From contig NC_057719.1 in NCBI RefSeq assembly GCF_004010195.1, positions 40,685,273 to 40,749,272 on the forward strand: a stretch of 64,000 nucleotides of DNA, read 5' to 3'. Position 1 is the stretch's first letter; each line of letters starts with the position of its first letter. A model generated the notes under the pieces. That model made no database searches. It was given only the letters and a program-made list of their open reading frames with translations, and was not told the DNA's origin. Shown one piece after another: positions 23,650 through 37,800 of this stretch. The position numbers and the translations under genes were made by a program. Source of the DNA: Chiloscyllium plagiosum (lineage: Eukaryota).

Positions 23650-25880
23650 CTCTTCATTTGTGGGATATAGGTATTACTGGCTAGGTCAACATTTATTGGC
23701 CACTCCTAACTGCACTTTAGAAGGTGGTAGTGAGGCATCTGCTTAAACTGCTGCATCCCAATCAGTGTACATATGCCCACAATGTTATTAGGGAGAATGG
23801 TCCAGGATTTTGACCCAGCAATAATGACAGAACATCAATATAGTTCCAAGACAAATGGTCTGTGATTTGAAGGGAGAATTGCATGTGGTGATATCCCTTT
23901 ATCTGCTCCCTTGTCCTTCTAGTTGGTAGAGGTCACAGGTTTGGAAAGTGCTGCTGATGGGGTCTTGAAGTTGTTGCAGTGCACCATGTAACTGGTACAC
24001 ATACTGCTGCTACTGTGGTGGAGGGAGTGAATGTTGAAGCGGTTAGATAAGGGTGCCAGACAAGTGGGTTGCTTTGTCCTGGATGGCATAGAACGTCTTG
24101 AGTGCTTTTGGAGGGGTGGGGGTGTGGAGTTGCATTTATCTGGGCAAGTGGAAAGCATTCGATCACATCCCTGACTTCTGCCTTATTGATATTTGCCAGT
24201 TTTGACAACTCAGAAGGTTAGTTACTTGAAACTGAACTCCCACACTCTGAAACAAAAATGGACATTACTGGAGAAACCCACTAGTTCTGGCAGCACCTGG
24301 GGAGAGAGAAACAGAGTTAATGTTTCAACTCAAAATCCCCAGACTCTGACATGTTTTAGGATGCACATGACATATATAGCTGGTCCAGATCAGTTTCTGG
24401 TCAATAATAATTTCCAAGAATGTTGATAGTAGACGATCTTGTGATGGTAATGCCATTGAACACCAAAAGGTGATGATTGGATGCTCTGTCATTGGAGATT
24501 GTCACTGCCTGGCATTTATGTGGTGTAAATGTAACCTGCTACTTATCAGCCCAAGCATGAAAGGTGTCTAGTTTTTGTTGCATTTGGACATGAACTGCTT
24601 TTGATATCTGAGGAGTTGTGAATGCTGTTGAATATTGTTCAGTCATCAGAGCTTATGATGAAGGGATAGTCATTGAGGAAGATAGCGAACACTACTGAGA
24701 GGCACTCCTGTAATAATGTTCTGTGGCTGAGATAAACTGACCTTCAATATGCATCTTCCTCTGCATTCGTATGAATCAACCAGTGGAGAGTTTTCCATCT
24801 GATTCCAATCAACTCCTGTATTATAAGGGCTCTTTGATGCCATACTAAAATCAAATGTTGGCTTGATGTCAAGAACAGTCATTCTCACTTCTCCTCTTTG
24901 ATTCCAACTTTTTGTCCATTTTGGCCACAGGTTGCAATGAAGTCAGGAGCTGAATGGGCCTGGCAGAATTGTAACTGAGTATCAGTGAAACAGGTAACTG
25001 TTGAGTAAGTGCCGGCTAATTGTAGTGATGACTCTACATTCCATCATCCTGCTGGGGGTAGAGAGTAGGTCGATAGGACTGTATTTGCTGGGTTTGATTT
25101 GACCTGCTTTTTTATGAACAGATGTACCTGAAATATTTTCCACATTGACAAGTAGATATCAGTGCTGTAATTGTACATGGCTTTTTGTGGAGGACAAGAG
25201 TTCAATACAATTGCAGGAATGTTGTAAGGGCACAGAACCTTGGCAGTGCCCAGTGCCATTGGCTATGTCTTGATGCCACATGTCGTGGTTAAAATTGGCC
25301 AATGGCTGCCATCTGTGATGCTGGGTATTGGCTGTGGTAGATTATTTCCTCATCACCTCTGGCTGAAAATGCATACAAATACCTCAGCCTTGTCATTTTC
25401 ACTGATGTGTTGGATTCTCCCAACATTGACAATATGGATATTTATGGTCTCCTCCTCCAGTGAGTTGTTTGATTGTCCACCACCATTCACAATTGGATGT
25501 GGCAGGATTGCAGAGCTTAATTCTGATCTATTGGTTGAGGGTTAGCATTGCTTTGTCTGTTGCATTCTGCTTCTGCTGTTTGACATGCAAGTGATCCTGT
25601 ATTGTAACTTCAGCAGGTCAACACTTAATTTCAAATCTGCCTGGTTTTGTTTCTGTTGTGACCTCCTGTGCTCTTGATTTAACCAGGGTTGATTTCCTGG
25701 CATGTTGGCAATTCTAGACTGGGGGCTATGCTGAATTGTGAGGTTACAAATTGTGTTCAAATACAATTCTGCACTGCTGGTGGTCCACAGCGCCTCATAA
25801 ATGCCTAGTCTTGAGTTGCTAGATCTGTTTAAAATCTAACCTATTCAGCATAATATTAGTGTCAGACAACATGAAGGATT
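23650..25880 (-). mobile_element. Old non-LTR retrotransposon fragment (same family as 1940-2715), with a small Penelope-like insert near 24245-24330
   Basis: Minus-strand motifs KKQVKSNPAN, VLDIKPTFD, GVPLSSV and PGNQPWLNQEHRR, and a reverse-complement 3'UTR at the left end. Confidence 0.75.
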
Positions 25881-26063
25881 AAGAAGGGATACACTTGCAT
25901 TGGAAGGAGTTTGGAGAAGGTTCCTTGGATGATTCCTCAAATAAACTGTCATCTCATGGGGAAAGGTTGAACAGGTTGGGCCTATACTCAATGCAGTTTA
26001 GTAGGATAAGTTGGAATCTGATTGAAACGGTACAGCCATCCTTGCCTGGCCATATCTTCTTTG

Positions 26064-26275
26064 TGGAGAAAGTGAAGTCTGCAGATGCTAGAGATCAGAG
26101 TTGAGAATGTGTTGCTGGAAAAGCACAGCAGGTCCGGCAGCATCCGAGCAACAGGAGAGTCGACAATTCGGGCCGGACCCGATTACTGATGAAGGGCTCC
26201 AGCCTGAAATGTCGATTCTCCTGCTGCTTGGATGCTGCCTGACCTGCTATGCTTTTCCAGTAACATACTCTCAAC
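26064..26275. mobile_element. Second palindromic Penelope-derived mini-element (more diverged)
   Basis: Same family as 22327-22546, with the longer arm on the left. Imperfect inverted arms around ~26175-26190, containing CTGATGAAGGGCTCCAGCCTGAAATGTC. Confidence 0.85.
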
Positions 26276-29200
26276 ACATTTCTCGTTTGCGTCTTGTTGA
26301 CCTGGCTCTCAACTTTTCTCCTTTTCTCAGCTAACATGTATTCTTATTTTATGTATTGATCACTCTTTATCACCATCATCATTGCCCTTGTCTTTTAGTC
26401 TGGGTATACTCACTACCTGATCCACTTATTTCTCCTCTGCCTCTGTCACTAGCATAAAAAAATACATTTTCTGGTTCCTTTTGCTTCCAAAGAATAGTCA
26501 TATTGAACTTGAAATGTTAACTCTATGTCTTTCTTCACAGATACTGTGAGACCAGGTAGGCTTCTTCAGTACTTTATGTATGCATTTATGTTCCTGTGGG
26601 GCCTTTGACAAGGTACATGCTAAAACGATGTTTTCCTCTCATGGAAAAATCTACAGACACAATTCAAGATAATTGCCTCCCAGTTAAGACATAGATGAGA
26701 AAGCATTGTTTTTCTCAGGGAATGTTTAGTCTTTGGAATTCCCTTCCATAGAGACCAATGGAAGATGAGAAATTGGATATATTGAAGGCTGCATTTGACA
26801 GATCTTTAAACTAGAAGGGATCCAATATTCAAATGAGCACAATGATATAGAATGGAGATGTAGGCTTGAAGGTTGAAATGGCCTATGCCTGCTTCTATTT
26901 CTCACGATCTTATGATGTGTTTTATATTGAGACCGAGCAAACATAACCAGCTACAAAATCAAAACGGTGTTGCTCTTGTACATAACATCAAAAAATTGTG
27001 TATATTTCATTTATATTGTACAAATTATAATACATGAAACAGATTATACCTCAGTGCTGAACTAAGTTTTTCATTCAATTCTAGACATAGCTAGGCATTA
27101 ATATTTCAAACATTAATATTCTGCCTTACAGATCCTGTAATTGTCAAAGACATAACATACAATGTTATAACTGAAGCAATTTAAAATGTATTTTTTTCAA
27201 AGGCTAATAATGAGAAATTAAATATACCAGGCTTCATCAGTAATATCAAATAAATCTAGGGATTTTTTGATAATCTAGATCAAAACATGGAAAGTTAAGA
27301 AAAGATTAATTGATTTATATTTGGAAACAATGGGCTGAATAGCACATGTTTTAGGTAAGAATCACAGAATCATAGAATTATTATGGTGCAGAAGGAGGCC
27401 ATTTAGTCCATCATGCCTGCACTGGCTCTATTATCTAGTCCAATTTTCTGCCTTTACCCTGCACACCATTGCAATCCAAAAAAAATCCAAAAGTTTTTTT
27501 TTCAAGTTTTAAGTGTTAGTTTTATTTGTGGGTGGCTATGCTCCCTGAGGCCAAGTGGGTTTCCTCACCACATTTACCAAATACATCTCACTATGTGCCC
27601 ACCCTACCCGTCTTGTCTGGTTCTCGCCCCATTCTACTACGATGTGTACCTGGCCACTGCCAGTATATTCAGGAATGAATGGTGTCCACCACTGCATTTT
27701 TTATTTACCTTATCTCATTCAAAACAATATTTCTTTGGTTTTTTTGAGCAATAGATTACTGGAAAATAGTAAAATGATGATATGACCTTAGAAATACTAT
27801 TAATTCCTATGTGCAACTTTTTAAAAACTTTTAATCGTCGTGTTATCTATTTAGAATAGAAATGCAGTACTATTCTGATGTGCCTTGTTTTAGTCTTGTG
27901 AATTTTACCATGAGGCACTGACCATCTTGTAGGTAGTTCAATAAAGGACACAATACAAATAACATGGTACTGGCTTGAACTCACAACATGGTATTGGCAT
28001 GGAGGTGATATTGGGCGTTGAAGAACTATATAGAAGCACAACTCCTGACAGATAGATGCAGCAAGGTTCTGGCCTGTAAGTGCTAGCAGTGAAAGCCACT
28101 GGAAAGGAACAACCTAGGTCCAGTACATTGGCATCAACTTTCCCTTTCCTAGCCCCAATCAAAATGAAAGGTAAAAGAAACAGAGCCAGCAGGTATTAGG
28201 CTGTGAGAGCACAACTATTCAGAGATGAGGAAACATACAATCAGAAAAACAATTTAACGTGCACAGAAATACTGAGGCTGTATATCTGCGGCGAAAGTAA
28301 GGTCATGGCAGAACACGACAGGCTTTGCAATATGCTGATAGAGATTCTAAGGCTAAAGAACAGAACAGTCATGGACAAAAGGCAGGATACAAATATGCAG
28401 AGGATAACACACAAAGAAAAAGGTGTTTCCAGTATAGGGAAAGCAGTGCTGTTACTGCAAGAATCTGAATCATTTTGCACATCATTGTATGCCTAGAAGG
28501 AAGGACAATAACAAGTGCAGAAATAAAAATAAAGTTTCTGAAACAGACAGAGAAATTCAGCAGGTCTGGTAGCACCTGTGGAGAGAGAAACAGAGTTGGC
28601 ATTTCTTTGGAACCTCTTCTGAGTTGATTTCAGCATGCGAGAAGACCACAGCTTCACGATCAGTCCCAAAGGTCCCTAGTATTCCACAACAGAAACACAA
28701 CAACAACTGGTACCATGGTAACCAAAAATGAAATGGGAACAATACTCCATAGAGAAGGATCATCACCCAGATGAGCAGACAATGACAATATGCACAGATA
28801 CCATTAAGACACTGGCATTATTTTAAAACTATGTGTGTAATACACGTGCAGAGACTGATGACAATAATAAACTTATAGTGTATAAGAATAGTTATGTGCA
28901 TGGTGGGTAACTTGGGTAAATCAAAATTGGAATGTTTGGGGTAGAAATGCAAATCAGCATAAATGTACCTCCCGAGTTTCTGCAGCTATTTGATTGCTAT
29001 CAGGAGACACTGATTCAGGAAAGCCATCTTTCAGCCAATTCAACAGAGTTCATAATACAAACAACATGGTACTTCACTGAACTCAGTAACCATGGTGAAC
29101 AAAACTAAATGTGGTACTACTATTACATTGAACTTGAACTCCATACCTCACATTATATTCAGCTATTTATATTTTCTACAATTTCTCACTGGTAAGATTT

Positions 29201-31164
29201 TTTTTTAATTTGCATATATGATATATGATATGCAAATTTGTTTGACCTGCCATACAAATTGAAGCAAAGCTAATTGTCTGTATTAGAGATACACCTAACA
29301 ATCAATCGTCTAAATACTCAGCACTTCTTTTGAATAAATACATTGCCCCATATTTTATTGTCCTGAATAATGCGTATTTACAAATTTCACAATGTTAATT
29401 TCACAGATGTTCATCTAACATCGTAGCTGTTTATGCATCCAATGAAATGCGTTACCATCAGAGACATGAATTTCTTTTCAGTCTCAAAAGGAACCTGAAG
29501 GAAGATTTGAACACCCACTTGAATATGTGATCAAAATTTGGTTGTGACAAGTAAAGGGTTCTGTGAGTTTTTAACACATTTCATGACTTATAGGTGTTCC
29601 CTTCCGGACAAAATAGCAGAAATGTTACCTTGCAAGCAAATGTTTGTCCCTTGTGTGATATTTTAGAGGATTCTTTAAAGAAAATTAGCTATTGGTATTA
29701 GAAAGATCTCTGCTGTTACTTTCCTGTAAATATCCAAAGAATATGGAGGTGTTTACGTACACAAGTAAAAATGATTGTCTGGGCCTCTGTATGAGCTCAT
29801 TATTGGTCTGCATAGACTTTATTTCCTCTTCTTTGTTGCCAGTTACTTCTGTGACGTAACTCTTTTCCACAGCAGCACATAAACCTCAGGCAGTTCATGG
29901 AGCCATTGCATGAACCCAACCTTCAGGTCATAGATCAGTCCTGGGCTCTGCCATGGCTCGCTTGCTACGGTTTTGTCCTTTTCAGCTTCTCATGTGCAGA
30001 CTGTTCATCCTGACTGGGAAAAAAAAAGCATTCAAAAAAGGCCAGCATCAACACAGGAAAAAAATAATGCCCTAAGTATCTCCAACCATTCCCCTGCTGC
30101 AGCATCACAACACCAATCCGAGTTTTCTCATTTGAAAAATTGCTTACGGAAGTCTGTGAGCTTAGTGGTTAGTTTGCACTAGAGTGAGGTTGTGATGCAG
30201 TAGCAGTTTATTTGTATCTATAAATAAATTTGAAGACACAGGATACACCTTCCTTTTTTATTTATACTATTTATTATGTCAAATTAACCAGAAATAATTT
30301 CCAGAGTTATTCCTCTGCCTGTTCTGATTGAACTTTGAACAGGTCTTATTATGAGGTAGAATAGTCTTCAATTTTGAAATATCCTTAACATGATAAATTC
30401 CTGATCTCTGAAGGCTGACTGACCACTCAATTGGTGAAGTTTCTACTCAGCATAACACTAAGCCTTACAAGCCATTACTTCTCCAGATTGAATTCTGGTC
30501 TGTAAAGAGTTAACTGACTGTTTTTGTACATGTCGGTATTGTAGAAATTGGTGAAGCATTGGAAATTGAATCTCCGAAGGATCAATGCTGAATTTGCTTC
30601 TGCACTTCTTAGATATAAATTGTTTTGACTTGGGTGTAGGAAGCAGACATTAAACTGGTTTGGAAAGAACAAGGTGGACTATAAAATACTTCAGAAGTAT
30701 ATGGATAGAAATAGTAGATTGGACAACCAAATAGCAGATGCAATCAAAAGAGGAAAAGTATATTTTGGTGGGAACATAAGGAACTGAAAGATGGAGAAGT
30801 ATTGATGAATGAAGAGAGCTGGGGATTAATTACTTAATTCAGTTTTCAGAAATACAAAACCAAAAATAAAGAACTGTGTGGAATTTGGAAATCTGAAACA
30901 TAAACAGTAATGGAGGGAGAAACTTAGCAGCACCTGTGGAGAAAAAAATAGAGTCAACATTTCAAGTGAAGTAATTTCTGTTTCTGTCTCTGAAATGTAA
31001 ATTCAGTTGGAGAAAACTTGAAAAAATCTGATAGAATCTTAGGTTTCATTGAATGACAGGTTTAAGCAAGGCATTGTTAGATCATAGTTAGCACATGTGA
31101 GCTGCTTTCTTCAACTATTGTAGTCTATGTGATGCAGATACACTCACTGTGCTGTTAGGATTGG

Positions 31165-31785
31165 AAACAAAACAAAAAGATTGTAGTTGTTAGAATCCAA
31201 AGTAAGCAAGCAAGAGACTGGAAGAACACAGCAAGCCAGGCAGCATCAGGAGATGGAGAAGTCAACATTTCGGGTATAACCCTTCTTCAGAAATGGAGGT
31301 GGGGGTAGGGGGAACTGCAGATAGAGGGCGGGGGTGAGGGTTTATGTTAGGGAGAGTAGCAGAATGGTGAGGTAGTGATAGGTGAACACAAGTAGAGGGT
31401 ATGTATGACCTGTTTGATTGATGGGAGGGATAAGTCCAGTGGTAGCTGGAAAGAAGGTTCAGTAGGTGGAATGGAAGAGAGGAGGTGGGGCTGGAATGGG
31501 AATTGGGGGATGGTAAAGGAGTTTACTTGAAATTAGAGAACTCAATGTTTAGTCCTCCATGTTGTAGTCTGCCCAGGTGGAAGATAAGGTATTGTTCATC
31601 CAATTTGTGGTCTTATTTACTGTGACAATGGAGGAAGCTAAGGATGGACATGTCAGAGAGGGAGAGGGAATTGAAATGGGCAGTGACCAGCATGTCCGGC
31701 TGGCTCTTATGGGCCTATCTGAGATGTTCGGCAAAACGTTCCCGAAGTTTATGTTTGCTCTCACTGATGTAGAAAAGACACTGTT
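31165..31785 (-). mobile_element. Penelope-like element 3' fragment
   Basis: Minus strand KLDEQYLIFHLGRLQHGGLNIEFSNFK*, a C/T-rich tract and a pseudo-LTR with CTGAAGAAGGGTTATACCCGAAATGTT. Paralogous to 12879-13275. Confidence 0.85.
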
Positions 31786-34256
31786 GAAGATACACTTTGG
31801 AAGATACTGTTGAAGGAGTTACTGCAGTGTACTTTGTAAATGATACACACTACTGCCACTATGCACTAGTGATAGAGGGACTGAACGTTGAAAGTGATAG
31901 GTGAGTTGCTATTCAAATAGATTACTTTATACTGGGCGGTGTCAAACTTCTTAAGTGTTGATAGGACTGAACTTTTCCAGGTAAGGGCTGACACAGTTCT
32001 GACTCTGCCTTGCACATGGTGGATGGCCTTTGGAAAGTAAGGAAGTGAGTTATTTACCACAGAATTCTCAGTCTCTGACCTGCTTTCGTAACCACAATAT
32101 ATATTGTTTAGTTCAGTTTCTGGTCAATGGTAACACTCAGGATGTTGATAGTGAAGGATTCAACAATGGGGTAATGTCACTGAATGTTAAGCCATTAGAT
32201 TCTCTCTTGTTGGAAATGGTCGTTGTCTGGCATTTGTTTATCATAAGTGTCATTATGTGTTATAAGCATGAATGTTGCCCAGGTCTCGTTGCACATATAG
32301 AAGAGATTTCAAATATTGGCACCATTTCTCCTTCAGGATTGGGTTGGGCTACCTAGTTGACTATTTTGATCTGAAGTCAATAAAGAAAAGTGACTAGTTT
32401 AAATACAATCATTAAGGGAGTGAAGAGAACACTTAAGGTAAATCTTTATAGGGGAGTTTTGTTGAAACAAGGATTCCTTTGCTATGGAAAGCTGCAGAGA
32501 CAGAGATCATTGCATCTTTGAAGAGAAAGTGGACAGATGGTTAAATCAAAGGTGAAAATCAAAGGATCGTTAAGACATAAAAAGTAAAGTAGAGCAGTGG
32601 GATTAGTGTTGGATTGTTCAAGAGAGAATGAACAGAATGGACAGATTGGACAGATCGGTTTACACTGTACTGTAAATCCCTAAAATTGCAAGTTATTTGA
32701 CAATTCTGATGATTGATTCAATTGAGCACTGTTTATATCCCATAGTTGAGCGCCATGGAATGATGCCATGTGTTATTGAAACTTGCACAAGAATAGGCAC
32801 TAACTGAATCAAGTAATCAGTATTTTTCTGAGGAAAAGATTTTTTCTTTAATTTTACAGTTAAGGTTATTTTGTAAATGATATATTACTCAATATTGACT
32901 TTTCTTGCTCAGTGTTTACATTTGTTTATTTATTATGTTTCTCCAATTTGTGTTTATTTCTATTGGGATGTTGTTAAAGTAAATAACTACTGTGGTTTGA
33001 TTTAAGTTTAACATCCATCAATTTAAACTATGTTTTGCATCATTACATTGGACTATTTTATACAGTTTGGTATAATGACCTGATTATTGTTCTTCCTTAT
33101 AAAATTAAAAGAAGAATTAAGGAAGAATGTATGATTGGCAAGCAATAGTCCTGGGATGTTTCCTCCTAAGGTATAAATTAAAAGTCAGTATTTTAAGACT
33201 TGTAGTTAATGAGAAAAAGACACTTATAAACATATTAGGACTTGTTTGCCTTTCCATCATTGGGGAAAAACTGATGCATTCTATAAAGTATTTTGAAATG
33301 AACAAATAAATTAAATATGTTTTTAAAGAAACATTGATAATATATGTTGCATTTGAAGTCTTTTTCCTCCAAAGTTTACACTTACTAATGCTTAATATCT
33401 GCCAAATACCTGCAAAATGCTAAACTTTATATAATTTGTTAGAAATCTCTGACAGAATTTTGTTGGAATTCTGGGAGTACCAGTTGTGGCAAGGTACAGG
33501 GATATTTGTGAGTGTAGGCATTGCCATTGTCCATAGAAGCTGGCAGTGCCACTAAGAGGCTCCTCTGTTAATCAAAGACTACCCAAATCAGAGGGCTGCA
33601 CTTAAGTTCATTGTGATTCTGCCAGGTTTCACCTGCTGTACAAAATGGCAGAGAGCACATACATAAACTACTAGTTGAGGCAAGAAGAGTTCCTGAATCG
33701 ATTGCTTAATTGATTCAATTGGCTTAATGGTGAGAGGATTATCTATCTCCCTCACCACAATGGCACAATGATAATGTGTGCTCCATTATTTGCCTCACTC
33801 ACTGTTTTATGTGTAAATTTCAACTTTCTATTTTTACACTAGCATGTCATCCTGTCTTACCTAGTTGTCCATTATTAATTGGTTTATTTACATATTCCTG
33901 ATCCCTTATAGGTGTACTCCAAACATTCTGATAGGGAATTATGTTGAGTCTTTGACACCCGTTTTGTGAACATTGCAACATAATATTAAATTATTGCTAA
34001 TTTTCTCCAACCATTTTATCAATTGCATCCCTTAGAGACTCAACATGTTTACTATAATGAGATTCAAAAAATAAACTTTTAAACATTCAGGCCCTCTACC
34101 CTAAATTTTACACACCTTGCTTTTCTTTTTAAAAATTACTTTAATTAAATGCTTCTAGAGCCCATTTAACTTTTGTTCACTTATCTTCTTTGTCCTTTCA
34201 ATTTCTTAGTCATACATGTGGGGTTATGCTTTTGGTTTGGTATCACCTATGATTAG

Positions 34257-34556
34257 GGGTGGCACGGTGGCTCAGTGGTTAGCACTGCTGCCTCACAGTG
34301 CCAGGGACCTGGGTTCAATTCCAGCCTTTCAACTGTCTGTGTGGAGTTTGCACATTCTCCCCATGTCTGTGTGGGCTTGCTCCAGTTTCCTCTCATAGTC
34401 CAAAGATGTGCAGGTTAGTTGAATTGGTCATGCTAAATTGCCCATAGAGTTAGGTGCATTAGTCAGGGAGAATGGGTCTGGGTGGGTTACACTTCAGAGG
34501 GTCGGTGTGGACTAGTTGGGCCGAAGGGCCTGTTTCCACACTGTAGGTAATCTAAT
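34257..34556 (+). mobile_element. HE1-type SINE
   Basis: A and B boxes, central domain, LINE-like tail and TAATCTAAT end. Confidence 0.93.
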
Positions 34557-34575
34557 TTAATTAAACACATATTGT

Positions 34576-34895
34576 GGGCGGCACGGTGGCACAGTGGTTA
34601 GCACTGCTGCCTCACAGAGCCGGAGACCCGTGTTCAATTCCCGCCTCAGGTGACTAACTGTGTGGAGTTTGCACATTCTCCCTGTGTCTGCGTGGGTTTC
34701 CTCCAGCTGCTCCGGTTTCCTCCCACAGTCCAAAGAAGTGCAGGTCAGGTGAATTGGCCATGCTAAATTGCCCGTAGTGTTAGATAAGGGGTAAATGTAG
34801 GGGTAGGGGTATGGGTGGGTTGCGCTTCGGCGGGTCGGTGTGGACTTGTTGGGCAGAAGGGCCTGTTTCCACACTGTAATCTAATCTAATCTAAT
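34576..34895 (+). mobile_element. HE1-type SINE (young subfamily, near-identical to 4639-4957)
   Basis: Full SINE with an (AATCT)n tail, directly downstream of the previous copy. Confidence 0.93.
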
Positions 34896-37800
34896 ATGAT
34901 TTTTACTTACTGATATTTTCAATTCTTGGATAATATTTAATGTTTAACAGGAGAAGGCAGTGGTGTAATTTTCATAATATGCTTGTTTATTAATGCCTTT
35001 TAGGAGAGCAACTAACCTTCTTGTGATTCTGAAGTGCATTGTTTGTGAGAAAGACTCCTGTGGGGAAAAGACAGCTTCCATTGCCATCTTCAAAGAGCAA
35101 CCAGGGTTACACATTAAATACTAGCCCAGTGATTGTCATGCCTGGCAAGAGAAAAAATATCCAGTTTGTTTTATTTGCCAATGTGTACTGATGTATTAAA
35201 ACAGGCCATTGTACAGAAGTGCTACGATGCAGCACAGTTTCCACTGGTGACCATCCATGTAATAAATTTCTGACCACAGCAGAGGGGTCAGAACAACACA
35301 CTGAGCAGACTCAGTATGCTTCCCCATAGCTACTAAGAGCAAACTGATTTCCAATTGGACAATTTTGCAAGATCAGTAGGAGCTTGAAACCAGCTCATCT
35401 GGCATCTTCCTAGCCATGGAAATGTGTCTCCCACTGGGTACTTAATGTGCACTGCTTTTTATTCTTTCCCTATACTAAGTGTAAATTGCTTTATCTCATA
35501 TTCCAGTTCATCTCCCCAGCTAAGTAATTATAGTGGCAAGTATTCCCTCTAAAAGCTTCATGGTTATCCTAAAACCAGTTAAGCAAGAAAGCCATTCCAC
35601 TCTGCCTGCATCACTTTTTCAATTATTTATTGCAAGTTTGTCAGATTTTCCCTTCCACTGAATGCGCAGATATCATTACTAACCTCTTTATTCCAGAATA
35701 TTTTCACAATTGGTTTTATTTTTCCCCTTCTGGTTCTCTAGACCCAGATTGTTTATATAACACAACTTCCATTGGATATTTACAAATTCCACCAAAGTAT
35801 TTTATAGCCTTAGCTTCTAACAAATCTATATTTTATCTATTATGTAAATGCAGTAAAATAACATTTTATGACATAAAATACACTTGTACTATTCCAAAAA
35901 CGTAGGAATAAATACTATCATATGTGATAATTATAATGTAAAGGATTCTCCCTTGGATTGCTCTACTGGTTTCTAAGTCTCCTATTGATTGCAAGGATTA
36001 TCTACAATCAAGAATTTGTTTTAATCTGATTTTGTTTCTCACCTTCTCCAGCTACCCCTATGTCCACAACATACGCATTCTCTGAGGTACTTTAAACTTC
36101 TCCGTTTCTGTCTCATTCACACCTGCCCATCTTTTCGTCTTCTGTTTTATTTCTTGTATTAGTTTTAAAATCTTATCTGCCTAGTGACCCCTGTCTCCCC
36201 AGTGCACTCTTCTCATCTGAACTTATGGCATTTCCCGTGTGTCTTTCACCGGTCCTTGTTGCGCTCTCCCTCCAATGCACGAATCATCCTTTCGCTATGT
36301 CCACACGGCATTTTTCGCCTATTCCCTACCTTTGTGTATATAATTCTGTTTCTTTTCACTTGTATTCAGTTTCATGTTAATATTCGAAGCGGAGCGAGAG
36401 GAAAACATAAGGGAACCTAACTGAGTAAGCGTGATAAAGATCAATTGGAATAACAAATTGAGGGAAATGTCCTGATGGAATAAGGAAAGATATTTTTGTA
36501 AATACTTTGGTTTCAGCATCAAATCTAAGCCAATCTCTGCTGGAATCAACGTTGCCAGAGAAGCGAGGTGAGAGATAATGCAAATTTATCGCAGAGGTAC
36601 CTCTTCGTTGGAACTGCATTAATATAAATGATCGTAAACGCAATATTTAAACACCGTAATTGATTGTTTATAATCGCTTGGATACGGTTGGAGCAGTCTG
36701 GGTTACGGAGGTCGTATAATTACTCTAACATTTAATGCTTCAATACTCTATTGAGCACGGGGGACGGGGGAGGAGAAAGCGGGTTTGTAGCACTAGCCAT
36801 GGTGCTGAATCCAACTGCGCTCATCAGAGCCGTCAAGCTGTCCCCAGTCTGTATTCATTAACTATCAGAGCTCCAAACATCATTCGTGTCGCTTTGATGG
36901 ATGCACAGTCTAATTATTTTTCAAAGTTTTCATTAGTATCGACTGAGCCCTCCAAAGCTTTCGGGGTCTGGGATGTTCACACATACACACACACACAATA
37001 TCTGAGATCAAGAGAGATAAGTACATCTCGTGCTAAAGCGTGGCGAACAATTCACAGTCTTTGGTTTTAAAATGGATTTGGCTCAGATGGACAATGTGAT
37101 TATGAAAATAGCGACATGCTCCATTCCTGTAATTACAACAGAAAACACTGATTTCATTTTTCACAAAAAAACCGCTTTGTGCGCATGACAAAGCAGCAAT
37201 CCTAAAGCAAGGTCAGTCTTGCAGAGTTGCTCCAGTTTAACATTCAGAATCAAGCAGTTTCTTTTTTTTTTCTCACACCGTGCCATACTCCAGACTTCAT
37301 TTAATAACGATATTACTGGGCCCTGGACCAAGAAAATCATTCAGACAGTTAAACTGGGATGAAATTAGACCGTGTTCCTTGTGATATGGGTAACTGCACA
37401 AAATCAATTTGGATAAGAGACCGCTTAACTTTTATTAAAACTCAACACATGAACGAAGCAATAAAATGCACGATCCTTTTCAAGAAGAACAAGTGATAAA
37501 AGTTTAAGATATTTGTTTCTAATAATGTATTGTCTTGCAGCCCTCATGAAATTTTGTAGCCAAACTGTTAAGGCAGCAGTGGGTGAAAGCAGCCTGATTA
37601 GACTGACAGGAAATGAAATGGAGGATAGTGGATTACAAACTGTTCCTCATCATTCTCTTCATTACTTGCAAATAGGAGGTGGAAATTGAAAAGCTCGGTA
37701 CAAGTAGCGACTTGCCAACTCGGTGCAAACAATTCGAACAAGGTACCGCGTGTAACTCTTTTTCATTAGTACATGTCACTCTTCCGCGGTTCCGTGACCT

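Noticed and set aside
28203..28496. 97-aa ORF with helical, coiled-coil-like composition
   Set aside because: No recognisable domain, non-ATG start and no supporting splice pattern. Possibly decayed retroelement ORF1 sequence, but I cannot assign it.
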